In this document: piece by piece, positions 11,508 to 20,614 of the stretch
How the letters are laid out: each line of letters begins with the position of its first letter
Position numbering within the stretch: position 1 is the stretch's first letter
Origin: Methylocella sp.
Lineage (GTDB): Bacteria > Pseudomonadota > Alphaproteobacteria > Rhizobiales > Beijerinckiaceae
NCBI GenBank assembly: GCA_050728715.1
Contig: JBOHJT010000001.1
Location: 1 to 49,284 of the forward strand
Length of the DNA: 49,284 nucleotides
Direction: 5' to 3'
Position numbers and translations under genes: made by a program
The notes under the pieces: generated by a model
Database searches by the model: none
Seen by the model: only the letters and a program-made list of their open reading frames with translations
Told to the model about the DNA's origin: nothing

Positions 11508-11777
11508 ATGAGCGATCACCCCCATGAACACGATCACGACGGCAAACACGCTTTCTTCTTCGGAGACCACCGGCTGCATGCACCCCACGAGCGGATGAAG
11601 GTGCTGGAACTGAAGGAGTTCATCGCCAAGCAGGTCGAAGGCTTTAACCGCGAGCACACGCTGGTGTTCGAAGAGCATGGCGACCGGCCCGACAAGCCGC
11701 TGCGTGACGACGACGAGGTGCACATCCATGAGTTCCCGCACTTCTATGACCAGCCCCCGGCGAACTTTGGATGCTGA
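11508..11777 (+). CDS. Ubiquitin-like (beta-grasp) modifier protein, His-rich
   Basis: 89 aa ending FYDQPPANFG-C; first gene before E2 and JAB-E1 genes. Confidence 0.78.
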   Translation: MSDHPHEHDHDGKHAFFFGDHRLHAPHERMKVLELKEFIAKQVEGFNREHTLVFEEHGDRPDKPLRDDDEVHIHEFPHFYDQPPANFGC

Positions 11778-11780
11778 ATA

Positions 11781-12173
11781 ATGATTTCGCCAGTGCTTGC
11801 GGCCCATTACGAACGATTCAAGGTGCGTTACCCGAACGCAAACTTGACCAACCTTCAAAACGGGGCGGCATTGATCTCAGTGCCGTCGTGCCGGCTACCT
11901 TCAGGGTGGTCAGCGCAAGAGGTAACGCTCAGGTTCATCGCCCCGAATGGCTACTCGGTGGCCGCGCCCGATTGCTTTTGGGTAGAGCCCAATCTGGCCA
12001 TCAATGGCCGCGATTTGCCAAAGAACAGCGCAATCAACAACCAAATTCCGGAAGCAGGAATCTTGGCGCACTGGTTTTCGTGGCATGTGGTGCAAGGTCA
12101 CTGGTTGCCTAATCAGCATGATCTTCTCACCTGGATGAGTATGTGTCTCATGCGTTTGCAGACTCCAGAATGA
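11781..12173 (+). CDS. Prokaryotic E2/UBC-fold protein (family E-like)
   Basis: LPSGW...FIAPNGYSVAAPDCFW...WFSWH...WLPNQHDLLT pattern typical of bacterial E2-like proteins. Confidence 0.82.
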   Translation: MISPVLAAHYERFKVRYPNANLTNLQNGAALISVPSCRLPSGWSAQEVTLRFIAPNGYSVAAPDCFWVEPNLAINGRDLPKNSAINNQIPEAGILAHWFSWHVVQGHWLPNQHDLLTWMSMCLMRLQTPE

Positions 12174-13507
12174 TCAAGCTCGTATTTCCCAAAAGCGAAT
12201 TGTCTGATCTCGCGCGGCAATTCCGCGCAGAACGACTCGAAAGTTTCGCCCTGATTCTTGCCCGCCCGGTGCAAACCTCCGCTAAGGATTGGCGCCTGCT
12301 TGTCCAGTCAATTCATGTACCGGCACCTGCTGAGTACGAGCAGCGCTCTGAGGTCAGTGTCCGGCCAAGCGCCGCCTTTCGTTTGGCCCTAGAAAAGCGC
12401 GCCAGCCGCGCGGGTCTGTCACTCATTTATTGCCATAGTCATCCCCTTGAGTCTGGCATACCTTTGTTTTCCAGAATAGACGACGAAACGGAAATGCCGC
12501 TCGCGACCTATTCGCGCGACCGCATAGGCAAAATGCCGCATATCGCACTCCTAGTGGGAGCAGAGGGATTTCGAGCACGTGAATTGGGCTGTGGAGGTGC
12601 GGTTGATCTCTACGAGATAGGGCGGCGTGTGATCCTCCACTTTCCCGCAAATACAACGCCCCTTGCCAATGAGTATGATCGGCAAGTCCAGGCGTTCGGC
12701 GAAGAGGGCCAGCGCGCCATTCAAGCTCTGCGCGTGGCAATCGTTGGTTTGGGCGGCACCGGGTCGGTGGTGGCTCAGCAATTGGCTTATCTCGGCGTGC
12801 GTCGTTTTCTACTTATCGACCCCCAAGAGTTGGAAGATACGAACTTGAATAGAGTCGTGGGCGCAAAAAGCTCGGATGTCGGTCGGCCGAAGGTTAAAAT
12901 CGCGCGTCGGATGATCAAGCAGCTGGTACCCGACGCGCAGGTGACGGCGAAGCAAGGTAACGTGCTCGACAAGGCCGTTGGAAGACTCGTTACGGATGTC
13001 GATTTTATTTTTTGCTGCACCGATTCCCACGGCAGTCGTTATTTTGTAAACCAACTCGTCTACCAATACCTTATTCCCTGTATCGATATGGGCGTCGTCA
13101 TCAATGTTCAGGATAGGCGCGTCACGCATTTCGGAGGCCGGGTGCAAATGCTCGCACCGGGAATAGGTTGCCTCGCGTGCACGGACGGAATTCTTTCTCC
13201 CGACGAAATTCGTTATGATCTGAGCAACGAAGGACAGCGCGGGGCTGATCCCTATTTTCTCGGCCGTGTTAATATCAAACAACCATCGGTAATATCGCTG
13301 AACTCCTCAGCAGCCTCTGCAGCGGTAACAATGTTCCTGGCTGCAGTTGCGGGGATTCCCAGCAATTCGCGTTCGCAAGTTCTTCGGGGAATTCCCGGCA
13401 TCGTCCGTACTCTGGAAGACATTCCTCGTGAGGGTTGCGTTAATTGCGCCGCGGAATTTTACTATGGCAAGGGTACCCTTTACGATCTGCCTGTCCGCGT
13501 CGAGTGA
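12170..13507 (+). CDS. JAB/MPN peptidase fused to ThiF/E1-like adenylating enzyme
   Basis: N-terminal E...HSHP...FSRIDD JAMM motif; C-terminal YDRQ, GLGGTG, NLNR, CTDS, CLAC and CVNC; ATGA overlap with the E2 gene. Confidence 0.9.
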   Translation: MIKLVFPKSELSDLARQFRAERLESFALILARPVQTSAKDWRLLVQSIHVPAPAEYEQRSEVSVRPSAAFRLALEKRASRAGLSLIYCHSHPLESGIPLFSRIDDETEMPLATYSRDRIGKMPHIALLVGAEGFRARELGCGGAVDLYEIGRRVILHFPANTTPLANEYDRQVQAFGEEGQRAIQALRVAIVGLGGTGSVVAQQLAYLGVRRFLLIDPQELEDTNLNRVVGAKSSDVGRPKVKIARRMIKQLVPDAQVTAKQGNVLDKAVGRLVTDVDFIFCCTDSHGSRYFVNQLVYQYLIPCIDMGVVINVQDRRVTHFGGRVQMLAPGIGCLACTDGILSPDEIRYDLSNEGQRGADPYFLGRVNIKQPSVISLNSSAASAAVTMFLAAVAGIPSNSRSQVLRGIPGIVRTLEDIPREGCVNCAAEFYYGKGTLYDLPVRVE

Positions 13508-13514
13508 AACCACA

Positions 13515-14048
13515 ATGAAGGCTTTAAGCTATAAAATCTTGACGACCGTAGCCCGCTATGCCGAAGCAGCTGCCAGCATCGGCAATCCGGGAGATTGCGC
13601 AATTGTGGAGCGCGGTGGCGTTCATCGACAGCTTGTTATGCGGTGCCCAGATGGCTGCGGCGAAATACTTTCCGTGAATCTTGATGGACGCAGTGGTCCC
13701 GCCTGGCGCTTATACAAAAAGCGTGGCGTCTGGTCCCTATTCCCTTCTATCGACAGACCGTCTGGATGCCTCAGTCACTTCATTTTGTGGCATGGCCGTG
13801 TGCTCTGGTGTAGTGCCCTCGACGGGGATGAAGGCGGAGATCAGCTGATTGAGATCAACTCAGAACAGATTCTGGCGATACTTTGCGACGGTCGCTCGGC
13901 AAGTTTCGTTCAGATCGCGGACAAATTGGATGAATTGCCGTGGGATGTTCTGACGGTGTGCCGAAGCCTCGCGCGGCGCGGCATCCTCGAAGAAGGAACT
14001 GGCAAGCAGCGCGGAATTTTTTCTGTTAAGTGCCGATTTGAGGCATGA
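13515..14048 (+). CDS. DUF6527-like Cys/His protein with a possible C-terminal winged helix
   Basis: CPDGCGE...W...SLFPSI...GCLSHF...WC; C-terminus SFVQIADKL...VCRSLARRGIL. Confidence 0.75.
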   Translation: MKALSYKILTTVARYAEAAASIGNPGDCAIVERGGVHRQLVMRCPDGCGEILSVNLDGRSGPAWRLYKKRGVWSLFPSIDRPSGCLSHFILWHGRVLWCSALDGDEGGDQLIEINSEQILAILCDGRSASFVQIADKLDELPWDVLTVCRSLARRGILEEGTGKQRGIFSVKCRFEA

Positions 14049-14222
14049 ACCAGCTCGTCCCTGTCACCAACGAGAGTCGGTGCCCCCCAATCGATCGCAT
14101 AAAGAATCACTTCCAATGCACACGCCACCTGACGCCCGAACTACTAGGCGGCCATCCCCTTTCTCCGCATCCATCCTGAGTCGTTCCTCAGGCAATCGGT
14201 CGCGCAGACGGCCTCTCATATG

Positions 14223-14349
14223 GGGACTGTGACCGGTCCCGCCTCCGGATCAACGCGGCTCGCTTCCGCACTGCGCTTGTGCAGCTCCGCCCCGCAGGGC
14301 GGCGCGCTGACGCGCGGCGTTTGATCCCTCGTCCAATGGTCCCGGTCCC
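14223..14349. promoter_or_regulatory. Long imperfect stem-loop upstream of a backbone gene (candidate ssDNA element)
   Basis: GGGACTGTGACC/GGTCCCGGTCCC and GGATCAACGC/GCGTTTGATCC nested inverted repeats. Confidence 0.55.
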
Positions 14350-14401
14350 TTTTGCCCCACGAGGCCGCAATAGCGCGGCTCGCAAGCAAAGGAGAACGAC
14401 C

Positions 14402-14770
14402 ATGACTGATACGAAAACACTCAACCGAGCCGACCTGATGCAATTCACCGGAAGCGAGCACTGGTATCGTCACGCGATGGTGCGCGACATTCTTTACACC
14501 GAGGGCGTGAAGGATGTCGCGGAGACAGCCGGCGCCTACTGGCTGATCGATGAAATCGCCTTCGCGCAGCGCTTCGACAAGCTTCTTGCGGCTGAGGAGT
14601 TTCAGTGCTGGAAGCTGAAGGTGAATGCCGACCACACCGCCACGCTCACTTGCGAGGACGGCGACGGCGGGGCTGTGTTTGTCAAGGCCATCGAATACAC
14701 CGATTTTCCGCTTGAGGGGATCAGCTTTTATTTCACGAATAGCGTCATCTTGCTCCCGAGTGAGAATTAA
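14402..14770 (+). CDS. DUF6876-like mobile-element protein
   Basis: QFTGSEHWYRH...YTEGVK...GAYWLID...YTDFPL...LLPSE; AAGGAG RBS. Confidence 0.8.
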   Translation: MTDTKTLNRADLMQFTGSEHWYRHAMVRDILYTEGVKDVAETAGAYWLIDEIAFAQRFDKLLAAEEFQCWKLKVNADHTATLTCEDGDGGAVFVKAIEYTDFPLEGISFYFTNSVILLPSEN

Positions 14771-14785
14771 CCCGGTACAGGGAAC

Positions 14786-14812
14786 AGGCCGCCGTCTGGC
14801 GGCGGCCTTTCT
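14786..14812 (+). terminator. Probable intrinsic terminator
   Basis: AGGCCGCCG stem with CGGCGGCCT followed by TTCT, just after the stop codon. Confidence 0.5.
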
Positions 14813-14820
14813 CCTTGTCG

Positions 14821-14876
14821 TCCACCTCTCGGGGGCCAGCCCCCGCCGGTTGCGATCCCGCCCGCCCGACATCCCC
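14821..14876 (+). repeat. Dispersed repeat B, copy 1
   Basis: 56 bp matching 29442-29497 with 3 mismatches. Confidence 0.9.
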
Positions 14877-14941
14877 GGTTGACGCTGTCGGCGTACAACA
14901 AACGTGCGCGGGCAGCGTCGCGATGGAGGAGGGGTTACGGG

Positions 14942-15517
14942 TCAGTGAAGCGGGACGATAAACCCCATCGGATCATCGTCCAGCATCTCGACGTAGCCGT
15001 TTGTGTGGACCAGCACCGAAACGCCGAACAGCTGGCCTTCATAGGCCATGTAGCCGCGGAAGGCGAAGGCATCGCCTTCAACATTCGCGCCCTCGCAGAC
15101 AAGGCGCATGTCCTCCGGCTTCTGTTGATTCTGCCTGTCTTTGTTGACTAGCCCGAAGCTGTTCAGAGACTCGATTATGGCGAAGGGTTCTCCCTCGTCG
15201 TTCCGCAGGAATGCGGTGAAATACCGGAGATAATCGCCGGCATTGTCCTGCGTTATGACGAGCTTCGCAGCTTTGTTTGCCGCGTGAATATCGGACCCGC
15301 TGCCGTTGAGCGGATAATAGTCCCGCGCGGAGAGTTCACCAGGTCCGGCCGCGACCATGAACATAGAGCCCGCGCCGTCGTTGATTTTGACCAACTCGCC
15401 ATTGTGATAAAACGGCGTCCGCAAAGTAGAGGCTTCGAGGATGGTGGATTGCGGCGGCAATTCAATCCGGCTTCGCAGACGTTGCAACTCGTCACCTTCA
15501 ATTTCAGTCCAGTACAT
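14942..15517 (-). CDS. Hypothetical protein
   Basis: 191-aa ORF from MYWTEIE with protein-like composition (LNGSGSDIHAAN...DYLRYF). Confidence 0.7.
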   Translation of the reverse strand: MYWTEIEGDELQRLRSRIELPPQSTILEASTLRTPFYHNGELVKINDGAGSMFMVAAGPGELSARDYYPLNGSGSDIHAANKAAKLVITQDNAGDYLRYFTAFLRNDEGEPFAIIESLNSFGLVNKDRQNQQKPEDMRLVCEGANVEGDAFAFRGYMAYEGQLFGVSVLVHTNGYVEMLDDDPMGFIVPLH

Positions 15518-15695
15518 ATTCAATACCCCTGTGCGATTTCCTTCCAGATTATTTCTGCATCGCTGGCGGGGCTTCAAGGCGTGTCGTTGGTCACAAGCTG
15601 GTCAAACTGATAGCGGTAAGGGGGCGCCCTGTGGTGCGCCGGAGACATTCACAGAGTTCGTCGGAGCGATGGCAGATCCTCGGAGCAAGTTTTCG

Positions 15696-15789
15696 GGCGT
15701 GCCGGTCTTGACCGTCGGGCCATACTCGGCGGACGCCTCCCCGAGCCTGTCGTCTCGGCCGTGCGGTAACTGTCCCTCACGCGAAGAAA
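15696..15789 (+). repeat. Dispersed structured repeat A, copy 2
   Basis: Close match to 1066-1160. Confidence 0.9.
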
Positions 15790-15843
15790 TGAAACGCATG
15801 GCGCAGCCTGTAGCGCGTGGGATGACGGAGACCGCAGTGATCA

Positions 15844-16110
15844 TCACACCCTGTCGGGGTGATCCGGCGGCGGGTTCAGGCTCGTTGCGCTGAACGGTGC
15901 ATGGTCTGTCTGGCGGAGCGGCGTGTTGGTTGCGGGCTGGTTTCCCGCCAGGCGATCGTAAGACTCGGAATGGACCTGTCGCAACAGCGTCAGGGCGCCC
16001 GGCTCGGCGGGCGTTTGATCGAGGGCATGGAACGCCTCGCGCAGCAGCGTTGCGGCGATCAGGGGCCAGTCCGCTGCCTTGCCGTCCTCGCGGTCGAACA
16101 GCTTCAGCAT
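15844..16110 (-). CDS. Small hypothetical protein
   Basis: MLKLFDRED... helical-looking 3' part of the 238-aa ORF. Confidence 0.45.
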   Translation of the reverse strand: MLKLFDREDGKAADWPLIAATLLREAFHALDQTPAEPGALTLLRQVHSESYDRLAGNQPATNTPLRQTDHAPFSATSLNPPPDHPDRV

Positions 16111-16340
16111 GAATTTACGCAAGAATGGTGCGCCGGATGCGGCGTCTGCGGGCTTTTTCGGAGGTCGTCTTGCTGATGTGCGACGGCGATAGACCATTAT
16201 ACCATAAGCCGGTTGCTTCCGAAAAATACCGGGCTTCAATGACACTGCATCGCATCTGTTTAAACGGCATCTTGTGGATGTGTCGGGCCGGTACAGGGCC
16301 GGATCGACCGCGCAGGAAGGTTCCGTTTTGCGCGGTTTGT

Positions 16341-17170
16341 TTATTCGGCTGGCGCGGCGACACCGGCACGGCGCTCGTACCAGCCCTTGCTCCTGTTCAC
16401 GATCCGCACGACTGACAGCATGACCGGCACTTCGATCAGGACGCCCACGACCGTTGCGAGAGCGGCCCCGGAGTGAAAGCCGAACAGGCTGATTGCCGCC
16501 GCCACGGCGAGTTCGAAGAAGCTGCTGGCCCCGATCAGCGCCGACGGCCCGGCCACGCAATGCTGCTCACCCGCCCAGCGGTTCAGGACGCAGGCACGGC
16601 CGGAGTTGAAATAGACCTGTATCATGATCGGCACGGCCAGCATGGCGATTACGAGCGGCTAGGATTTGCTCACCCTGAAAGCCGAACAGCAGCACGAGCG
16701 TTGCCAGCAGGGCGATCAGCGACCCAGGGCCGAGCGCCGCCAGCGTCTTCGGCAGGGCGGACGGCCCGCCTGCCAGCAAGTGCCGCCGCCAGAGCTGCGC
16801 GACCGCGACCGGCACGACGATGTACACCCAAGGGACCGTGATCGCCGAGAGGCCGAGCAGCAAGCCGACAAGCGGCGCGAACGCAAACACCATGATCGTG
16901 TCGTTCAGCGCCACTTGCGACAGTGTGAAATACGGTTCCCCCTTCGTCAGGTTCGACCACACGAACACCATGGCCGTGCAGGGAGCCGCCGCCAGCAGGA
17001 CCAGCCGGACAATGTACGAATTGATCTGGTCGGCGGGCAGATACGGCTTGAACACATAGCCGATAAAGAACCATCCGAGCGCCGCCATCGAGAACGGCTT
17101 GACGGCCCCAATTGATAAGCAAGGTGATACCGATCCCCCGCCAGTGTTCCTTGACTTTGCCGAACAGGGA
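16341..17170 (-). pseudogene. acr3: ACR3-family arsenite efflux transporter, 5'-truncated and frameshifted
   Basis: Acr3 motifs split across frames: HWRGIGITLLINW / LLAAAPCTAMVFVWS / LIGASSFFELAVAAAISLFG...GVLIEVPVMLSVV. Confidence 0.9.
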
Positions 17171-17272
17171 GAAAGGATGACAACTCTGGGACACTGCAGC
17201 CGAAGTGGATGTTCGGCTTGAGCGCCGACGCAAAACGTGATGGCGTATGGCGGGAACGGGGGGGAAAATAAA

Positions 17273-17887
17273 ATGACGGTTAAAGCAGCTCGCTTTGCGG
17301 CGGCCTTTTTGCTGTTAGTAATAGCGTTTATGCATCCGGCTCTAAGTCAACCGAGCTCTTCGTCGCGACAAAGCAAAGCGTCTCAATCATCAGGATTGAA
17401 GGCTACTATAGGCAAACTTAGTGTTTTCACCAATGCGGCCACCAAAGGACTCGCTATTCAGCTCGTCCTAGAAAACATCACAAGAAACAGGATATACCTG
17501 TTTATCACAGGTGATTCCAGAGCGTCATTAAGTGATGGCAATTCGTTAACATTACGGGAAGTTATCGGGCTGACCTATTGTCGTATATTATCTCCGCCAG
17601 AGCAAGCAACTAAGTTCTGCTTAGATAGCCATGGAATGGATTTAAACTATTACTCTTACATCGATGCTGGCGAGACGGCTGACCTCTCTCTTCGGTATTC
17701 ATTGGATAACGTCTCTAGTGGATATACTCCCTCTGGCTCCCTGAGTTTTAGATTAATAATGGCCTCCCGCGTTGCTCATGCCCTGCCGAACTCCTTGGAG
17801 GCACAAGCTGATCCAAAAAGCATAACTTCGCCGCAAGTGGTTATATTGAATTTCCCACTAACGCCGCTCAATGTGAGTGTAGATTAA
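17273..17887 (+). CDS. Exported hypothetical protein
   Basis: Signal-peptide-like N-terminus; AT-richer DNA. Confidence 0.7.
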   Translation: MTVKAARFAAAFLLLVIAFMHPALSQPSSSSRQSKASQSSGLKATIGKLSVFTNAATKGLAIQLVLENITRNRIYLFITGDSRASLSDGNSLTLREVIGLTYCRILSPPEQATKFCLDSHGMDLNYYSYIDAGETADLSLRYSLDNVSSGYTPSGSLSFRLIMASRVAHALPNSLEAQADPKSITSPQVVILNFPLTPLNVSVD

Positions 17888-18497
17888 GCGCTTGGCGGTT
17901 ATTGTCTAGATATCGTGCGACGCTATCCGTAACTTTAAGCAAAGCAGCATATTGCGACGTGTTCGAGTCATCGGTTGTAGCGGTTTCTGCAAAGGGTGTC
18001 GCAGTTCCGGGAAAGTCTTTTGTGACAGTAGGGATGGCGTCCTTTACCTGTCTGATAAGGATGTTGAGATTTACGGTGGTGGTCCAGCTTACTCGACCAT
18101 CAGTGTCGTGGCGCGGCCCATCGATCTTTAGGTTTTTGATTTCGATATCGAAGCCCGCGTCTGTCCTATCGGAAGCCACGGAGAGTCCGAGGTTCTCCAA
18201 ACTACGAGTCAGTGCACCGGCAAGATCATCGCCTAATGTAGAATTGATGGATGAATGGACGAATACGCCTGCCTTGTTCAAAGGCGGATGATGCAGGACA
18301 TGGGTCTCTTCCCGGCCATTCCCTTTCTCAGTCTGGCCCTGCTGAGGATTGGGAGGATTTAAAAGGTGTTTCAAGTCAACAATACTTGAAGGTAATCCGA
18401 TAAAACTTATAGTTAATGCAATGAACGTTGCAATAAATGTTAAGGCCGCAGCATGGTGTTTCTGGCACCATTTTCCAAACTCCTCCCAGTTTTCCAT
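17868..18497 (-). CDS. Membrane-anchored hypothetical protein
   Basis: Single N-terminal hydrophobic helix followed by a soluble domain. Confidence 0.7.
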   Translation of the reverse strand: MENWEEFGKWCQKHHAAALTFIATFIALTISFIGLPSSIVDLKHLLNPPNPQQGQTEKGNGREETHVLHHPPLNKAGVFVHSSINSTLGDDLAGALTRSLENLGLSVASDRTDAGFDIEIKNLKIDGPRHDTDGRVSWTTTVNLNILIRQVKDAIPTVTKDFPGTATPFAETATTDDSNTSQYAALLKVTDSVARYLDNNRQALNLHSH

Positions 18498-18893
18498 AAT
18501 GTAGACCTTTACTATATTGTAGTAATAGTAAGCAAAATGTGCTAAAGTTGCATCTTACATTGATAACAAAATGGATGTGATTATGTCTTGTAGTATTATT
18601 TTTATTGGCGTGGGTGGACACCTCACAAAGAGTACAGCGTGGTCAGCCACTGGTGATGACAAAATCACAATGCTTGAGTACGAACCTGGATGCGATGTTA
18701 AAATTCCGGTCCCATTTGCCGTTTTTGATAGATACACAGACCATTGTTCAGCCTCTAGCGGGGTAACCGCCAATTTCTTACCTGAGAATATACCTAATAT
18801 CTTGCGGGATTTTGGACAAAAGCCCGGAAACGCCTCTCAAGAAATACGACTGTCGGACCATCCGGCCTTTCGATAAATCAACCGCAAACATCG

Positions 18894-19535
18894 TCAATGG
18901 TGCTGCCCGACGGCGGTGCCGGGGGGCATGCTGGTCACGTTCCGGCGGCAGGCCATCACGGTTTTGACGCCGAGGTCGACTTCGTATTGGGAATTCGTGT
19001 TCGGACTTTTCGCATAGGCGTCCGCGAAATCGCGTGCATAGCATTCGCAGAGCGGCTTGAGGATGTCCGCAAACATGCTCGCATACAGCTCCATGCATCG
19101 TTCGTGCGAATACTTGGTGATGGATGGAATGTCTACGCAATCCGTCATGATGGCTTCCCAGATCTGCGTGTGCGTATGATCTGGGTGCTTGATCCGCTGG
19201 TTCACATAATGGGTCGATAGACAGGAGCAGTTGTGCATGACCGCATAAGACGACTTGCTCTGACAGTCGCGATAGAAATCTTGCGATTCGCTGGCGATCT
19301 TGGTCTGCAGTTCCGGCGACAGGCTGAGGAAAATGGGGTTTTTTGTAGGGTCGGCATCGTCGTCGGTCGGTTTCCGCTTCTGGTCCGAGAGGCCGGGAAT
19401 GGAGTCGGCGGGATTCTGGGGTGCGAGTGACGGGGTGCTGGCCGGTGATGTCGATTGCGTCCAGGCCGGGCGGCCCGTAAAAGCCAGAGCGAGGACCAGC
19501 CATAGGGAGAACGAGCGAACGAATGGGCGCATCAT
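18894..19535 (-). CDS. Exported Cys-rich hypothetical protein
   Basis: Signal peptide (...PAWT), low-complexity linker, two CxC-containing helical units (HNCSCL, LCECYA). Confidence 0.7.
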   Translation of the reverse strand: MMRPFVRSFSLWLVLALAFTGRPAWTQSTSPASTPSLAPQNPADSIPGLSDQKRKPTDDDADPTKNPIFLSLSPELQTKIASESQDFYRDCQSKSSYAVMHNCSCLSTHYVNQRIKHPDHTHTQIWEAIMTDCVDIPSITKYSHERCMELYASMFADILKPLCECYARDFADAYAKSPNTNSQYEVDLGVKTVMACRRNVTSMPPGTAVGQHH

Positions 19536-19718
19536 GGTCACGATATGGCGGTCTGCAGCCAGACTGGCCGCGCTCCCCTCCACTCTAGCATAAGATTGGA
19601 CAGACATGTCCGCGGCATTTTCAGCAGGCATATTTCTGTAATCCTCGCCTCAGGTCCATCCAATGTGCACCAATAGTGCTATCCACGCAGCTCTAAAAAT
19701 CTGGAGTGATAAAGGCTA

Positions 19719-19952
19719 TTACGACAATTCGCCTTTGACGATCCCGGCCATGAGCCGGAACGCCTCATCCACCGTCAGGAATTTTTCCGGCAATCCTACC
19801 GTGCGATTAGGGACGCAGGCTTTCACATCCCCGCACACCGGGCAGCGGGTTTGCTGAACGAGCGCCGGTTGTGCAAGGGGCCTGAATTGCGGGTGCCGCG
19901 CCGCGCAGTCGAGGCAGACACGGGCCGCGCAAGCGCTTGCACTGCGGGTCAT
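19719..19952 (-). CDS. Small putative Zn-finger protein
   Basis: CLDC and CPVC pairs; ATGA overlap with the upstream ORF. Confidence 0.55.
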   Translation of the reverse strand: MTRSASACAARVCLDCAARHPQFRPLAQPALVQQTRCPVCGDVKACVPNRTVGLPEKFLTVDEAFRLMAGIVKGELS

Positions 19953-20335
19953 GCGTGATCGTCCCCGGCGTACCCGTTGACCTGTCCGCCGAAGCCTTGG
20001 CGTAGGTGGAGCCTTTTCCGCGCTATCCATTGCATGAGGTGAGGCGGCAGAGGCTCGCCCTGCCACCCGTCCGCCAGGAGCTGGCTCCATCGCTCGAACA
20101 GCGCCCGCAGGCAGAAGCCCCTTTCACGGTCAGACAGATAGGGGAACGTCGCCACGACCGCCTCCGGCGTTAGCATCCCGAGCAGGGCGTTGAACATCTG
20201 AAAATCGTAACTCTGGATATAGGCCAGCACTTCCGGCACATATTTTTCGTCGGCATCGGGAAACAGAAAATCGCGTTCCGACACGCATTCAACCGGCACG
20301 TTGTTTTGCGCGTATGCAATGGTTCCCCGCCGCAT
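19949..20335 (-). CDS. Hypothetical protein
   Basis: MRRGTIAY start with AAGGGG RBS; translationally coupled to the next ORF. Confidence 0.6.
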   Translation of the reverse strand: MRRGTIAYAQNNVPVECVSERDFLFPDADEKYVPEVLAYIQSYDFQMFNALLGMLTPEAVVATFPYLSDRERGFCLRALFERWSQLLADGWQGEPLPPHLMQWIARKRLHLRQGFGGQVNGYAGDDHA

Positions 20336-20519
20336 CTCAAGATCCCCCTTGGCCCCTGCATGGTTTGTAGGGAATCGTAAGCGCACCGGACTCCGCGCGC
20401 CAGAGTCCCCGGATTCAAGCTTTCGTGAATCGCAACGCGGGAGCGAAGAGCGGCGTTGCCGGGCGTGTCCCTTCGGGCCGGGTGCTAGGCGCGGAGCGCC
20501 CCGAGCCGCAAAAAGAAGC

Positions 20520-20584
20520 GTCTCGGCCATAAGGTGACGCCCCCTCACGCGAAAGAAAACATTGGTCAGCCTCACGGCTGGCTT
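20520..20584 (+). repeat. Dispersed repeat A, partial copy 3
   Basis: GTCTCGGCC...CCCTCACGCGAA...CAGCCTyACGGCTGGCTT shared with 1122-1184. Confidence 0.75.
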
Positions 20585-20614
20585 TGTCCGGTCTGAAAGC
20601 GGGGCTGCCGCCCC

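Noticed and set aside
12170..13507. Housekeeping ThiF/MoeB
   Set aside because: JAB fusion, E2 neighbour and no thiamine or molybdopterin genes.
11508..14048. Type II CBASS or Pycsar (E1/E2/JAB genes with CapH/CapP-like regulators)
   Set aside because: No CD-NTase or cyclase and no Cap effector; a separate Ubl is present and JAB is fused to E1.
18571..18876. 101-aa ORF in the AT-rich gap
   Set aside because: No clear RBS or recognisable motif; may be a gene fragment.
19981..20011. Short palindromic element TCCGCCGAAGCCTTGGCGTAGGTGGA inside an ORF
   Set aside because: It resembles alphaproteobacterial REP-like repeats but is single-copy in this window, so it cannot be supported.
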